A stretch of DNA of 64,000 nt from an uncultured delta proteobacterium (GTDB lineage Bacteria > Desulfobacterota > Binatia > UBA9968): positions 160,001 to 224,000 of the forward strand of contig CAVUVW010000014.1 in NCBI GenBank assembly GCA_963745035.1, written 5' to 3'. How positions within the stretch are numbered: position 1 is the stretch's first letter; each line of letters starts with the position of its first letter. Below, in pieces: positions 1 through 12,111 of this stretch. The position numbers and the translations under genes were made by a program. The notes beneath the pieces are model-generated. The model was not told the DNA's origin and ran no database searches. It saw nothing but the letters and a program-made list of their open reading frames with translations.

Positions 1-404
1 GGATCATAAATTTCGGTGGAACTAAGAGGGCCGTTTTGGTCCCGGCCGCCCATCACGAGCACGCGCCCATCAGAGAGCGGGGTGGCGCTATGATCGGTTC
101 GCGCGGCTGTCAGAATTGGCCCGAGAGTGGAAGATTGCCCCGTCGGATCGAAAATTTCGGATTGGCCAACGACACCGTTCTGATTGTCGCCACCGATTAT
201 TAGGACTCGGCCGTCCGGCAGTAGCGTTGCCGTATGGCCTCGGCGCTCAACGTTGAGTTGACTTGTACCTAAAATTTGAGCGTCAGCAATGATCGCGGTG
301 AGGAAATTCATTAAGCACAGGATCGCCAATATCGCGCAAAGCTGGCCAAAAAATCCCGGGCACTTTCGCGTACGCGCAATCACCAACAATGTCTCTCGCT
401 TCAT
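1..404 (-). CDS. Secreted Kelch-repeat protein, N-terminal part (runs off the window start)
   Basis: Not in the ORF track. Manual translation from ATG at 404: MKRETLL...hydrophobic signal...ADA-QILGTSQLNVERRGHTATLLPDGRVLIIGG...ARTDHSATPLSDGRVLVMGG...STEIYD, two Kelch repeats. GGAG RBS upstream. Confidence 0.85.
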   Translation of the reverse strand, partial: MKRETLLVIARTRKCPGFFGQLCAILAILCLMNFLTAIIADAQILGTSQLNVERRGHTATLLPDGRVLIIGGDNQNGVVGQSEIFDPTGQSSTLGPILTAARTDHSATPLSDGRVLVMGGRDQNGPLSSTEIYD

Positions 405-415
405 TTCGTCTCTCC

Positions 416-452
416 AAAAAAAACCGGCACAGAAATGTTCTGTTGCCGGTTT
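416..452 (-). terminator. Intrinsic terminator-like hairpin plus T-run just upstream of the Kelch gene RBS (possible attenuator)
   Basis: Minus strand: AAACCGGCAACAGAA-CAT-TTCTGTGCCGGTTTTTTTT, then GGAGAGACGAAATG. Confidence 0.55.
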
Positions 453-718
453 CACCATTTGCTCCCTGATCCCCGTGGTGACCAAATTGGGTGATCAGTT
501 CGTCGCATCAACTCGTCGCGGCCGACAAAGACCGCTTGCGCGGATGGAGCATGGCCAATGCCAGAGAGCGGAATTCCGCGCGGTGGAGTTTTTGTTAGTT
601 CCTGGGTTGCTGTGGAAAAGGTTCCAACGGATGCTGCAAGACAGTGCGCCAACGCCGCTTGTCAGATTTGTCGGCGCTGTCGCGTAAGCATTTCTTACAA
701 CAGAGCTGCTGTCGGTGA

Positions 719-1903
<1,185 letters not shown>

Positions 1904-1904
1904 T

Positions 1905-1930
1905 CGGTTCTCGCCGCGAACCGTTTTTTT
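1905..1930 (+). terminator. Intrinsic terminator after frmA
   Basis: CGGTTC-loop-GAACCG followed by T7. Confidence 0.65.
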
Positions 1931-2113
1931 GTGCCGTTGCCGCAAGCCGTTCCATAGAGCGCAAAGCGGCGCAGATTTTGCGAAAATTTAATCCCTTTCA
2001 AGCGGGAAAACGGCTTGCAGTTTCGGAATTTTCTTTCTATAAGAGAGCCCTGGTAGGTTTTTCCAGCCTGCATCGAAAACTCCGCGATAGAGAAACTGGA
2101 GGGCGAAACGGGG

Positions 2114-2581
2114 ATGAACAAGAAGATCAAATTCCGCGTCAACGGCAAACGGGTCGAGACCGAAGTCCCGACCAACCGGCTGCTCATCGATTACCTGCGC
2201 TACGATCTCGGCTTGACCGGCACCAAGGAAGGCTGCAGCGTCGGCGTGTGCGGCGCCTGCACCGTTTTGATGGACGGCGACATGATCACCGCGTGTCTCA
2301 CTTTGGCCGTGATGGCCGACGGCCACGATCTCACCACGGTCGAGGGCTTGGCCAAGAACGGCGAGCTCAATCCGGTGCAAAAAAGCTTTATTCAGTACGG
2401 CGGCTTTCAATGCGGCATTTGCACTCCCGGCCAAGTAGTCGCCGCCACCGCGCTGCTGGCGGAAAAGCCCAAGCCCAACGAAGACGAGATCAAAGACTGG
2501 ATGATGGGCAATCTTTGCCGCTGCACGGGGTATTACAAGATCATCGAATCGATCCAGAAAGCGCACCAGTTCGCCAAATAA
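2114..2581 (+). CDS. Xanthine dehydrogenase/CoxS-family 2Fe-2S subunit
   Basis: [34 protein letters not shown]. Confidence 0.95.
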   Translation: MNKKIKFRVNGKRVETEVPTNRLLIDYLRYDLGLTGTKEGCSVGVCGACTVLMDGDMITACLTLAVMADGHDLTTVEGLAKNGELNPVQKSFIQYGGFQCGICTPGQVVAATALLAEKPKPNEDEIKDWMMGNLCRCTGYYKIIESIQKAHQFAK

Positions 2582-2591
2582 GGACACGTCC

Positions 2592-3530
2592 ATGATACCC
2601 TTCGAATACCGCACGCCGAAAAACCTCAAGGAAGTGAATGCCACGCTGAAGGAGTTCGGCGGCGACGCCAAGCTCATCGCCGGCGGCACCGCGCTGGTGA
2701 TCATGATGAAACAGCGGCTGGTTCGCCCCAGTTGCCTGGTCAGCTTGCGTTCGGTGCGCGGCCTGAACGGCATCGAGCTCAAAAACGGCGGCATCGCGAT
2801 CGGCGGCCTGGCCACCCATCGCGAAGTCGAAGGCTCCCCGCTGATCCGTCGCCGCCTCCCCATGCTCGCGGAGACCTATCATCATGTCGCTACCCTGCGC
2901 GTGCGCAATATGGCCACCGTGGGCGGCGGTCTCGCTCATGCCGATCCGAACCAAGATCCGCCGCCGAGCCTGATCGCTCTAGGCGCCACGGTCAAGGCGA
3001 CCTCAGCCAACGGCAGCCGGACCATTCCGCTCGATGAATTTTTCAAAGACTACTACGAAACCGTGCTCAACGAGGACGAGATCATCACCGAGGTGATGGT
3101 GCCCAAGCCGGCGCCGAACACCGGCGCGGCGTATATCAAGTTTCTGCCGCGCACCGCCGACGATTACGCCACCGTGTCCGCCGCCGCCGTGTTGACCCTC
3201 GACAAGACCAAAAAAACCATCGCCGACGTGCGCATCGCCCTCGGCAGCGTCGGCGTGACGCCGATTCGCGCCACCGCCGCCGAAGCTTTGCTGCGCGGCC
3301 AGCCGCTCAAGAGCGAGGCTTTCGCCGAAGCCGGCGAGAAAGCCAAGGAAGCAGTCGATCCGGTGAGCGACTTCCGCGGCTCGGCCGGATACAAGAAAGA
3401 CATGGCCGCCGTGTTCGTGCGGCGCGCGCTGGAAAAAGCCCTGGCCGATATTCGCCAGCAGGCCAAAGTCAAGCCGGCGCCGAAACCGGTGAAAAAGAAA
3501 GCCGTCAAAAAGAAAGGTCGACGCCGTTGA
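2592..3530 (+). CDS. Xanthine dehydrogenase/CoxM-family FAD-binding subunit
   Basis: IAGGTAL, VRNMATVGG, DFRGSAGYK. Basic Lys-rich C-terminal tail. Confidence 0.93.
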   Translation: MIPFEYRTPKNLKEVNATLKEFGGDAKLIAGGTALVIMMKQRLVRPSCLVSLRSVRGLNGIELKNGGIAIGGLATHREVEGSPLIRRRLPMLAETYHHVATLRVRNMATVGGGLAHADPNQDPPPSLIALGATVKATSANGSRTIPLDEFFKDYYETVLNEDEIITEVMVPKPAPNTGAAYIKFLPRTADDYATVSAAAVLTLDKTKKTIADVRIALGSVGVTPIRATAAEALLRGQPLKSEAFAEAGEKAKEAVDPVSDFRGSAGYKKDMAAVFVRRALEKALADIRQQAKVKPAPKPVKKKAVKKKGRRR

Positions 3531-3979
3531 AATTTTCTCAGACCGCGCAGATTCCCGTGGCGCGCGAGCCGCTTTGGGATTTTTTAATGGACGTTCCCAA
3601 GGTGGCCAAGTCGCTGCCCGGAGTCGAATCGGTAAAAAAGCTCGACGATACGACCTACGAAGGCGCGCTGACGGTCCGCGTCGGACCGATCAAGCTCAAT
3701 CTGCAAGGCAAGATTATTCTCGAAGAGCAAAACAAGAACGACTGGCGCGCCGCGCTCCGCGCCGAAGCGAAAGACCGCATGGCGGCCGGCGCCGTCAGCG
3801 GCAAGACCAGCATGACCCTCAAGGAGCTCGGCGCCAATCAGACCGAGCTGATGGTCGAAACCGACGTCAATATTCTCGGGAAAATCGGCGAGTTCGGGCA
3901 ACCGATCATCCGCAAAAAAGCCGATGCCATGCTGAAAGAATTCGTCGAGAACATCAAGAAGCAGCTAGCTGGAAAGTGA
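3527..3979 (+). CDS. CoxG/SRPBCC-family protein
   Basis: LWDFLMD...LPGVE, VRVGPIK, GKIGEFGQPII. Overlaps the FAD-subunit stop. Confidence 0.85.
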   Translation: MKFSQTAQIPVAREPLWDFLMDVPKVAKSLPGVESVKKLDDTTYEGALTVRVGPIKLNLQGKIILEEQNKNDWRAALRAEAKDRMAAGAVSGKTSMTLKELGANQTELMVETDVNILGKIGEFGQPIIRKKADAMLKEFVENIKKQLAGK

Positions 3980-4807
3980 TCTTGGCGGCCGCTCGCCGCC
4001 GCTCTCACCGTCGACGTCGGACAATTCGCCGACCGTAAATCGGCCGAGGACGCTGTTGTAGCAGTCCTCGGCCAATTTTTTTCGCCCGGAGGAATTGTCC
4101 GGGTAGCGGAAACACTCGATCTTCGGCTGGATTGTCACCAACACTTCGAGATTGCGCAGCGCCAGAAGACGCCAAAAGTGCGACACGAAATCCATGTCGC
4201 CATACCAGTAAATCAGGTCGCGATTGGCCGCGGTCACCGGCTGCTCGTCGATGGTTTTGTAGGCGACCGTCACCGGCACGATGATCGAGCGGCTGCGCAG
4301 CGGCGCGGCCAGAGGCACGGTTTGGAACGGCAGCATTCGTTCGCCGTTGGTCGACGTGCCTTCCGGGAACAGGAGGATGTTTGACTCCTGCTTTAATTTG
4401 CACGTTAGCTCTTCGATCAACGCGCCCGCCAGTTGCTTGCGCTGCCGATTGACGAACACGGTGCCGCAGAGCACGTTCCATTGGCCGACAATCGGCCATT
4501 TCTTTACTTCGCGTTTGGAGACGAACAAGATCGGAAAGATGCTGCCGAGGACGATGCCGTCGACGTAGCTGACGTGGTTGGCGATGATCACGTAGCCGCC
4601 GCGCTCCAGGCTCCCCTCATCGCCGGAAACGCTCACCTTGATGTTGAGAATCAGGCGGACCAGCAGAGTAAAGTTTCGATTCAGCCGGCTGATGACCTGC
4701 CAGCGATGGGGCAGCCCGAAGATGGAAATCCACAGATGAGCCGTCGCCACCAGGGCGAAGTAAAACCCCCACAATGAAACGAACGCGGCGAGTTTAAGCA
4801 GGCGCAT
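3965..4807 (-). CDS. PlsC-family acyltransferase (OlsA-like)
   Basis: NHVSYVD (HX4D) and FPEGTST motifs. Coupled to the OlsB-like gene. Confidence 0.9.
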   Translation of the reverse strand: MRLLKLAAFVSLWGFYFALVATAHLWISIFGLPHRWQVISRLNRNFTLLVRLILNIKVSVSGDEGSLERGGYVIIANHVSYVDGIVLGSIFPILFVSKREVKKWPIVGQWNVLCGTVFVNRQRKQLAGALIEELTCKLKQESNILLFPEGTSTNGERMLPFQTVPLAAPLRSRSIIVPVTVAYKTIDEQPVTAANRDLIYWYGDMDFVSHFWRLLALRNLEVLVTIQPKIECFRYPDNSSGRKKLAEDCYNSVLGRFTVGELSDVDGESGGERPPRSLSS

Positions 4808-5561
4808 CGCCCATCTTCAGATCAGCCAGGCCCAGGCGCTTCAAATACTCTTCCTTGAGCGTGGCGAAATCCAGCAGCAAGAAAAAATCCGCCGTGCCGA
4901 ATTCGTCATCGAGCGCGGGCGGGCCGCACACCAGCGCGCCGATGCGCAGGTAGGCCTTGATCAAGCCTGGCAATTTTTGAAACAGCGCAGTCTCGTCGGC
5001 GACGGGGAGATCATCCCTTACATCGGGAAATACGCACCTGCTTATCGGCTGCACCTGATACTTTTCGCCGGCGTGGTATTTGCTTTTCAGCAGAGAATAC
5101 ACGGCGCTCACTTCGCCCACGTCGGTGCTGTACAAGCTGCCGCAGCCGAAGAGGTGGCGCACTTTATGGGTGCGCACGTGCTCGGCGATCGCCTCCCACA
5201 TGAGCGGGATTAGCGCCCGGTCGCGGAAATCCCTGCGCGCGCAGGACCGGCCCAGCTCCAGCAGCTCGCCGTCGAGCACTTTGATGCGTGACAGATCGAA
5301 TTCCTTTTCCGAGTAAAAGCCGATGTTGCGGCGCGCCTCGGCGCCGCGCAATAGCCGATAGGTTCCCACCACCGCGCCGCTGCCCAAGTCCCGGACGATC
5401 AGATGATCGCAGTACGGATCGAATTCATCCGCATCCAAACCGCGGTCGTAAGATGATTGGAGCCCTTTATTGAGCTCCAGATTGAAGACTTCAAACCTGA
5501 GGCGTTGCGCTTGTTCGATCTCGCTCTGATGGGCTGCGAACTTGACTTCGAAATCGGCCAT
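4794..5561 (-). CDS. GNAT N-acyltransferase, OlsB-like (amino-acid lipid synthesis)
   Basis: AQRLRFEVF, DEFDPYCDHL, VGTYRLL, FYSEKEFD, ELGRSC, LIKAYLRIGA, DDEFGTADF. Alternative start 5579. Confidence 0.85.
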   Translation of the reverse strand: MADFEVKFAAHQSEIEQAQRLRFEVFNLELNKGLQSSYDRGLDADEFDPYCDHLIVRDLGSGAVVGTYRLLRGAEARRNIGFYSEKEFDLSRIKVLDGELLELGRSCARRDFRDRALIPLMWEAIAEHVRTHKVRHLFGCGSLYSTDVGEVSAVYSLLKSKYHAGEKYQVQPISRCVFPDVRDDLPVADETALFQKLPGLIKAYLRIGALVCGPPALDDEFGTADFFLLLDFATLKEEYLKRLGLADLKMGDAPA

Positions 5562-5618
5562 TTTTCCGGAAAATACCATAGGGCCGGCATTTTGAAAACT
5601 GACTTTCCATGCTCTCCT

Positions 5619-6380
5619 TCAACCATGGCGCCATACAGGCGAACGTTTTTCCAGAAATGCCGCGACTCCTTCGGCCACGTCGGCGGTCTTCAATAACTGG
5701 CTGCAATAGATCTCTTCGGAGCGCCGGAGCGCCTGCTCGAAGCCATCAAGCGCCAGCTCGCGCAGCCCTTTGACGGTCAAGCGCAGCACTGCGCCGCTCT
5801 TGCCGAGCAACTCGTCGCGCAGCGCCGCGGCGCCGCTCTCCCATTCATCTGCGGGAAACACGCGATTGACCAACCCGAACGCCTGCGCGTCGCGGGCCGA
5901 AAACCGCCGGCCCGTGAGCACCATCTCGGCGGCGCGATGATAACCGATCAAACCGGCAAAGCGCGCCAGAGCGACCGGCGGATAGCAGCCGACAAAAATC
6001 TCCGGCGTGGCAAAGGAGCTCTCCTCCGAGGCCACCACCAAATCGCAAGCGCTCGCGATTTCCAGACCGCCGCCCAAACACAAGCCTTTTACCGCGGCGA
6101 TCGATACCTGGGGCAAGGCGGCGAGTTTGCGGATGACGCCGTGCACGACGTCGAGCATCTCCGGAACCTTTTCCGGGGTATGATCGCGGATATCGACGCC
6201 GGCGGAGAAAGCGCGGTCGCCGGCGCCGCGCAGCAGCGCGACATCGACGTCGGTTTGCGCCGCACAGGACGAGAGCGCGTCATTCAATTCGCGCAGCAGC
6301 GCGATATCCAAGACGTTCAAGGGCGGCCGATTCCAGGCAATCGACATGAAGCGCCCGGATTTTTCGCATATTACCGCCAT
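5619..6380 (-). CDS. Enoyl-CoA hydratase/isomerase family (resembles cyclohexadienoyl-CoA hydratase group)
   Basis: AFSAGVDI, CLGGGLE, PEIFVGCYPP, EGVAAFLEKR. Confidence 0.88.
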   Translation of the reverse strand: MAVICEKSGRFMSIAWNRPPLNVLDIALLRELNDALSSCAAQTDVDVALLRGAGDRAFSAGVDIRDHTPEKVPEMLDVVHGVIRKLAALPQVSIAAVKGLCLGGGLEIASACDLVVASEESSFATPEIFVGCYPPVALARFAGLIGYHRAAEMVLTGRRFSARDAQAFGLVNRVFPADEWESGAAALRDELLGKSGAVLRLTVKGLRELALDGFEQALRRSEEIYCSQLLKTADVAEGVAAFLEKRSPVWRHG

Positions 6381-6568
6381 CGCTTTTCACCTCCGTCCGC
6401 CATGGAGAATATTTTCGGGGACACAACCCCATTCAATGCCCCAAGAACGAGCTTTTTTCATAGATCATGGGCGTCCTGCTTACAAGCAGGCCCGCGCCGG
6501 GAAAATTTGACAAAACCAGCGGTTGCCCCTACACTTACGCAACCATGAACTCGCTCAGGAGGGCTCTC

Positions 6569-7330
6569 ATGCGAATCGCCCGATCTTCGCTTCTCGCGCT
6601 CATGTTGGTGGCGGCTCTCGGCTCGGCGGCGCTGGCCGCGCCCGATGAATACGACGACAGCCAATCGCATCCGCTGCGCGTCGCCGCCTATTTGTTGCAT
6701 CCGATCGGCTGGTTGACGGAGTGGATCGTGTTTCGGCCGTTTCACTTCCTGGTCAGCGCCACCGAGCCGCAGGAAGCCTTTTTCGGCCACCGGCCGCACC
6801 CGCCGGTTTTGGCCGAGCCGCAGCCTTTGCATGACTACGGCATGCCGCAAAGAGTTGTGCCTGAACAACAGAGCAAAGCCGAGCCCAGGATGGCGGCGCC
6901 CGCGCCCGCTCCGGAGACCGTCAAGGTCGTCGAAGTGCCGGTGGAAAAGGTCGTTGTCAAAGAAGTTCTCAAGCTCGTCGAAATTGAAAAGGTCGTTTTC
7001 CCCGCCGTGGCGTTCCGCTTCGATTCCGCGGAGCTCACCGACTTGGGCAAGGGTCAGGTTTATCTGGCGGCGCAGCGTCTGAAGGAAAAAAATGATCTTA
7101 CCGTGGTCATCGAAGGCCATGCCGACAAGGTCGGCAACGAAGACTACAATCGCAAGCTCGGCCAGCGCCGCGCCCAGGTCGTGATGAACGAGCTTTCTTC
7201 CCAGGGCATCGATCCGAGCCGCATGTCAGCGGCGAGCGTGGGCGAGAACACGCCGCTCATCGATCAAGACAGCCAGTGGGCGCGGGCGGTCAACCGGCGG
7301 GTCGAGTTTCAGGTTCGCGGCGCGCGCTAA
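6569..7330 (+). CDS. OmpA-family peptidoglycan-binding protein with unrecognised N-terminal domain
   Basis: AGGAGG RBS, signal peptide, C-terminal FRFDSAEL / IEGHAD / YNRKLGQRRA / NRRVE. Confidence 0.88.
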   Translation: MRIARSSLLALMLVAALGSAALAAPDEYDDSQSHPLRVAAYLLHPIGWLTEWIVFRPFHFLVSATEPQEAFFGHRPHPPVLAEPQPLHDYGMPQRVVPEQQSKAEPRMAAPAPAPETVKVVEVPVEKVVVKEVLKLVEIEKVVFPAVAFRFDSAELTDLGKGQVYLAAQRLKEKNDLTVVIEGHADKVGNEDYNRKLGQRRAQVVMNELSSQGIDPSRMSAASVGENTPLIDQDSQWARAVNRRVEFQVRGAR

Positions 7331-7353
7331 GCGCGGCGGCAGCTTCGTCGAAG

Positions 7354-7384
7354 GCCCAGCCATAACCAGGCTGGGCTTTTTTTT
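7354..7384 (+). terminator. Intrinsic terminator
   Basis: GCCCAGCC-loop-GGCTGGGC followed by T8. Confidence 0.8.
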
Positions 7385-7412
7385 CGCCGCGGGTTTCCGA
7401 GCGATGTGATTC

Positions 7413-8021
7413 ATGAGCTACAATCCGCACGATCGCTATTTCCAAAAAGCCAAGCAGGAGGGCTATCGCTCCCGTGCCGCGTATAAACTGCTCGAATTGC
7501 AGCAGCGCTACCGCCTTTTGCGATCGGGCGACAGAGTCGTCGATCTCGGCGCGGCGCCGGGCGGCTGGCTGCAAGTGGCGGCGCAGATCATCGCTCCGCA
7601 AGGCAGGGTCGTCGGCGTCGACTTGCAGGAAATTCGACCTTTCCGCGAGCACAACATCGCTTTAGTTCATGGCAACGCCAACAGCGGCGCGGTTCAGGAG
7701 AAAATAAGGGATCTTCTCGGCGGCCCGGCGGACGCCGTCATTTCCGACATGGCACCCAAGCTCAGCGGCATTCGCGATGCCGACATGGCGCGCGCCGCCG
7801 AGCTTCAGCGGCTCGCTTTGCAAGTGGCGGCGCGGCTGCTCCGTCCGGGCGGCCTGCTGGTGATCAAAAGTTTCATGAGCGATGAGCTGCACGAGCTCAC
7901 CGCCGAGCTCAAAAGCTTTTTCGCCGATGTGCAGCGCACCAAACCGGAAGCGACGCGCCAAGGATCGTCGGAATTTTATTTTCTCGCCAAGAACTTTGGC
8001 GCCGACCGCGCCAACGCGTGA
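7413..8021 (+). CDS. rlmE: 23S rRNA Um2552 methyltransferase (RlmE/FtsJ)
   Basis: GYRSRAAYKL, VDLGAAPGGW, SDMAP, KPEATRQGSSEFY. Confidence 0.93.
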   Translation: MSYNPHDRYFQKAKQEGYRSRAAYKLLELQQRYRLLRSGDRVVDLGAAPGGWLQVAAQIIAPQGRVVGVDLQEIRPFREHNIALVHGNANSGAVQEKIRDLLGGPADAVISDMAPKLSGIRDADMARAAELQRLALQVAARLLRPGGLLVIKSFMSDELHELTAELKSFFADVQRTKPEATRQGSSEFYFLAKNFGADRANA

Positions 8022-8034
8022 GCGGCTAGAGTCG

Positions 8035-9033
8035 ATGCCTGAGCTCCGTCAAGATCCGATCACCGGCCGCTGGGTCATCATCGCGCCGCGAAGGGCGGCT
8101 CGGCCTTGGCATATCAGGGGTGCCGAGAACGAGGCGCCGTCCGAGGCCTGTCCGTTCTGCGCCGGCAACGAAACCATGACGCCGCCGGAAGTCTGGGCCG
8201 ACCGCGACCGCGGTACGCAGCCGAATACTCCGGGTTGGCGGGTTCGGGTGGTGCCCAACAAGTATCCGGCGCTCGAAGACCGCCTCGAAGCGACTGAAGC
8301 GAATGACGGCTTGTACAAGGCGCAGGCGGGGCTCGGCGTCCATGAAGTGATTGTCGAGAGCCCGGACCACGCGGTGCAGATGACCGCCCTCGGCGCCGCG
8401 GAGCTCGCAGGCGTCCTGCGCGCCTATCGAGCCCGCCTGGGCGCGCTGCAACAAGACCCGCGGTGGCGTTATCTGCTGATCTATAAAAACCAGGGCGAGC
8501 GCGCCGGCGCTACCTTGGAACATATTCACTCACAGTTGGTCGCGCTGCCGTTCGTGCCGCCGGAAGCGGCGGACGAACTGCAGGGCGCGCGTACGCACTT
8601 TGAGCGCGCCGGCGCCTGCATTTTTTGCGCAATCATCGAGCGCGAGCGCAAATACGGCGAGCGTTTGGTCCTGGAATCCGCGCGCTTCATCGCGCTCTGC
8701 CCCTTCGCGCCGCGCTTCGCCTACGAGACTTGGATTCTGCCCAAGCTCCACGCGGCGCATTTCACGCAGAGCTCGGATGAAGAGATCGCCGCTCTGGGCG
8801 CGATGCTTTGCAATCTCCTGGCAAAGCTCAACGCCGTCGCCGGGCCGGCGCCGTTCAATTACCTGCTATGCTGCGCGCCTCCCCGGGAGATGGTGGACGA
8901 GTTCTACCACTGGCATCTGGAGATTTTGCCGCAATGGAACCGCGCGGCGGGTTTCGAGTGGGGTTCGGGCATGCACATGAATCCGCTGGCGCCCGAGGAA
9001 GCCGCGCGCTTACTGCGCGACGCGCCGGGTTGA
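8035..9033 (+). CDS. galT: Galactose-1-phosphate uridylyltransferase (GalT family)
   Basis: MPELRQDPITGRWV, CPFC, VPNKYPAL, GATLEHIHSQ (HxHxQ), YHWHLEI, AGFEWGSG. Confidence 0.88.
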   Translation: MPELRQDPITGRWVIIAPRRAARPWHIRGAENEAPSEACPFCAGNETMTPPEVWADRDRGTQPNTPGWRVRVVPNKYPALEDRLEATEANDGLYKAQAGLGVHEVIVESPDHAVQMTALGAAELAGVLRAYRARLGALQQDPRWRYLLIYKNQGERAGATLEHIHSQLVALPFVPPEAADELQGARTHFERAGACIFCAIIERERKYGERLVLESARFIALCPFAPRFAYETWILPKLHAAHFTQSSDEEIAALGAMLCNLLAKLNAVAGPAPFNYLLCCAPPREMVDEFYHWHLEILPQWNRAAGFEWGSGMHMNPLAPEEAARLLRDAPG

Positions 9034-10280
9034 GGCCTCGCGCGGCTCGGTTTCGCGCGCCTGCCGCTGGTAGTAGAGCAACAACGTAGCGGTCAAGGCG
9101 CAGCACAGCCCCGAGACGGCGATCGCATTCGGCGTGCCGATCAGGTGGGCGACGCTGCCGATGAACAGCGTGCCGAACGACCACATGCCTTTGTCCATGA
9201 AGAACAAGCTCAGCATGCGTCCCAGCAGATGCGGCGGCGTTTCCATTTGCACGATCGAATTGGCTACCGCGCGAAACGCGATATTGCTGGCGCCGACCAG
9301 GACCAGAAACAGCATCGAAAGCGGCAACGAACGGGAGAACGAGAACAGGATCAGGAACAAGGCGAACGCATACACGCTCATCACGACAAAGTGCAGCCGG
9401 CGCCGGAGCCGGCCGAGCGATGCGAGGCCCAGACCGGCGATCACCGCGCCGATGCCTGGCGCCGCCAGCAGCAGGCCGAAGGTCGATGCTCCCGCATGCA
9501 AGACATCGGTCGCGATTACCGGCAAAAAGCGCGAATAGGGCGTGCCGACGAGCGCAACTCCGTAGGTGAGCAAGATCACTGCAAACAGCCGGCGCTCCCC
9601 ACGCAAGAAACGATAGCCTTCGCGCACCTCCTCCCAAAACGGCGCCTCCTCGGCGCTTTTGGTCTTCGCCGCCGGAAAAACCATCACGAGCAAAGTCACG
9701 ATAATCGCGAGAAAGCTCACCGCGTTGACGAACAAGCAGCCGGCGACGCCAATCACGCTGATGAGCACGCCGCCGAGGGAAGGCCCGGCGATCTTGGCCA
9801 AATTGGCCATCGACGAGTTGAGCGCGATGGCGTTCATCAGGTCCGCGCGCGGCACCAGACTATTGATCAGCGAGTGGCGCGCGGTCTGGTTGACTGTGTT
9901 CACCGTGCCGAGAAACAGAACCAGAATGATGATGTGCCAGAACTGAATCTGTTCGAAATAAACGAGCGCCCAGAAGATAAACGCCTGGAGCATCGCGAGG
10001 ATTTGCGTCGAGAGCAGCAGCCGGCGCCGCTCAACCCGGTCGACAAAGGCGCCGCCGACGGCGCCGAGGAGAAGCCGCGGCACGGCTTGGCAAAAACCCA
10101 CCAGACCGAGCAGGAACGGCGATCCGGTCATCGTCCAGACCAGCCAGCTTTGCGCCATCACCTGAATGAAGTCGCCGACGTGGGACAGACTGGTGCCGAA
10201 AAACAGCAGGCGGAAATCGCGATGCTTGAGCGAGCTGAGCGTGCGCGCCAGATGCACCGAAGCTCGCTCGCGCCGGGTCA

Positions 10281-10281
<1 letters not shown>
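9010..10281 (-). CDS. MFS transporter
   Basis: Starts MTRRE, overlapping the glmS stop (TAATG). About 12 hydrophobic segments; DFRLLF, GAFVDRVERRRLL, NAIALNS. Confidence 0.88.

Positions 10282-12110
<1,829 letters not shown>

Positions 12111-12111
<1 letters not shown>

Noticed and set aside
2114-3979. Calling the cluster an aerobic CO dehydrogenase
   Set aside because: No CoxL with its active-site motif is present, so the substrate cannot be assigned.
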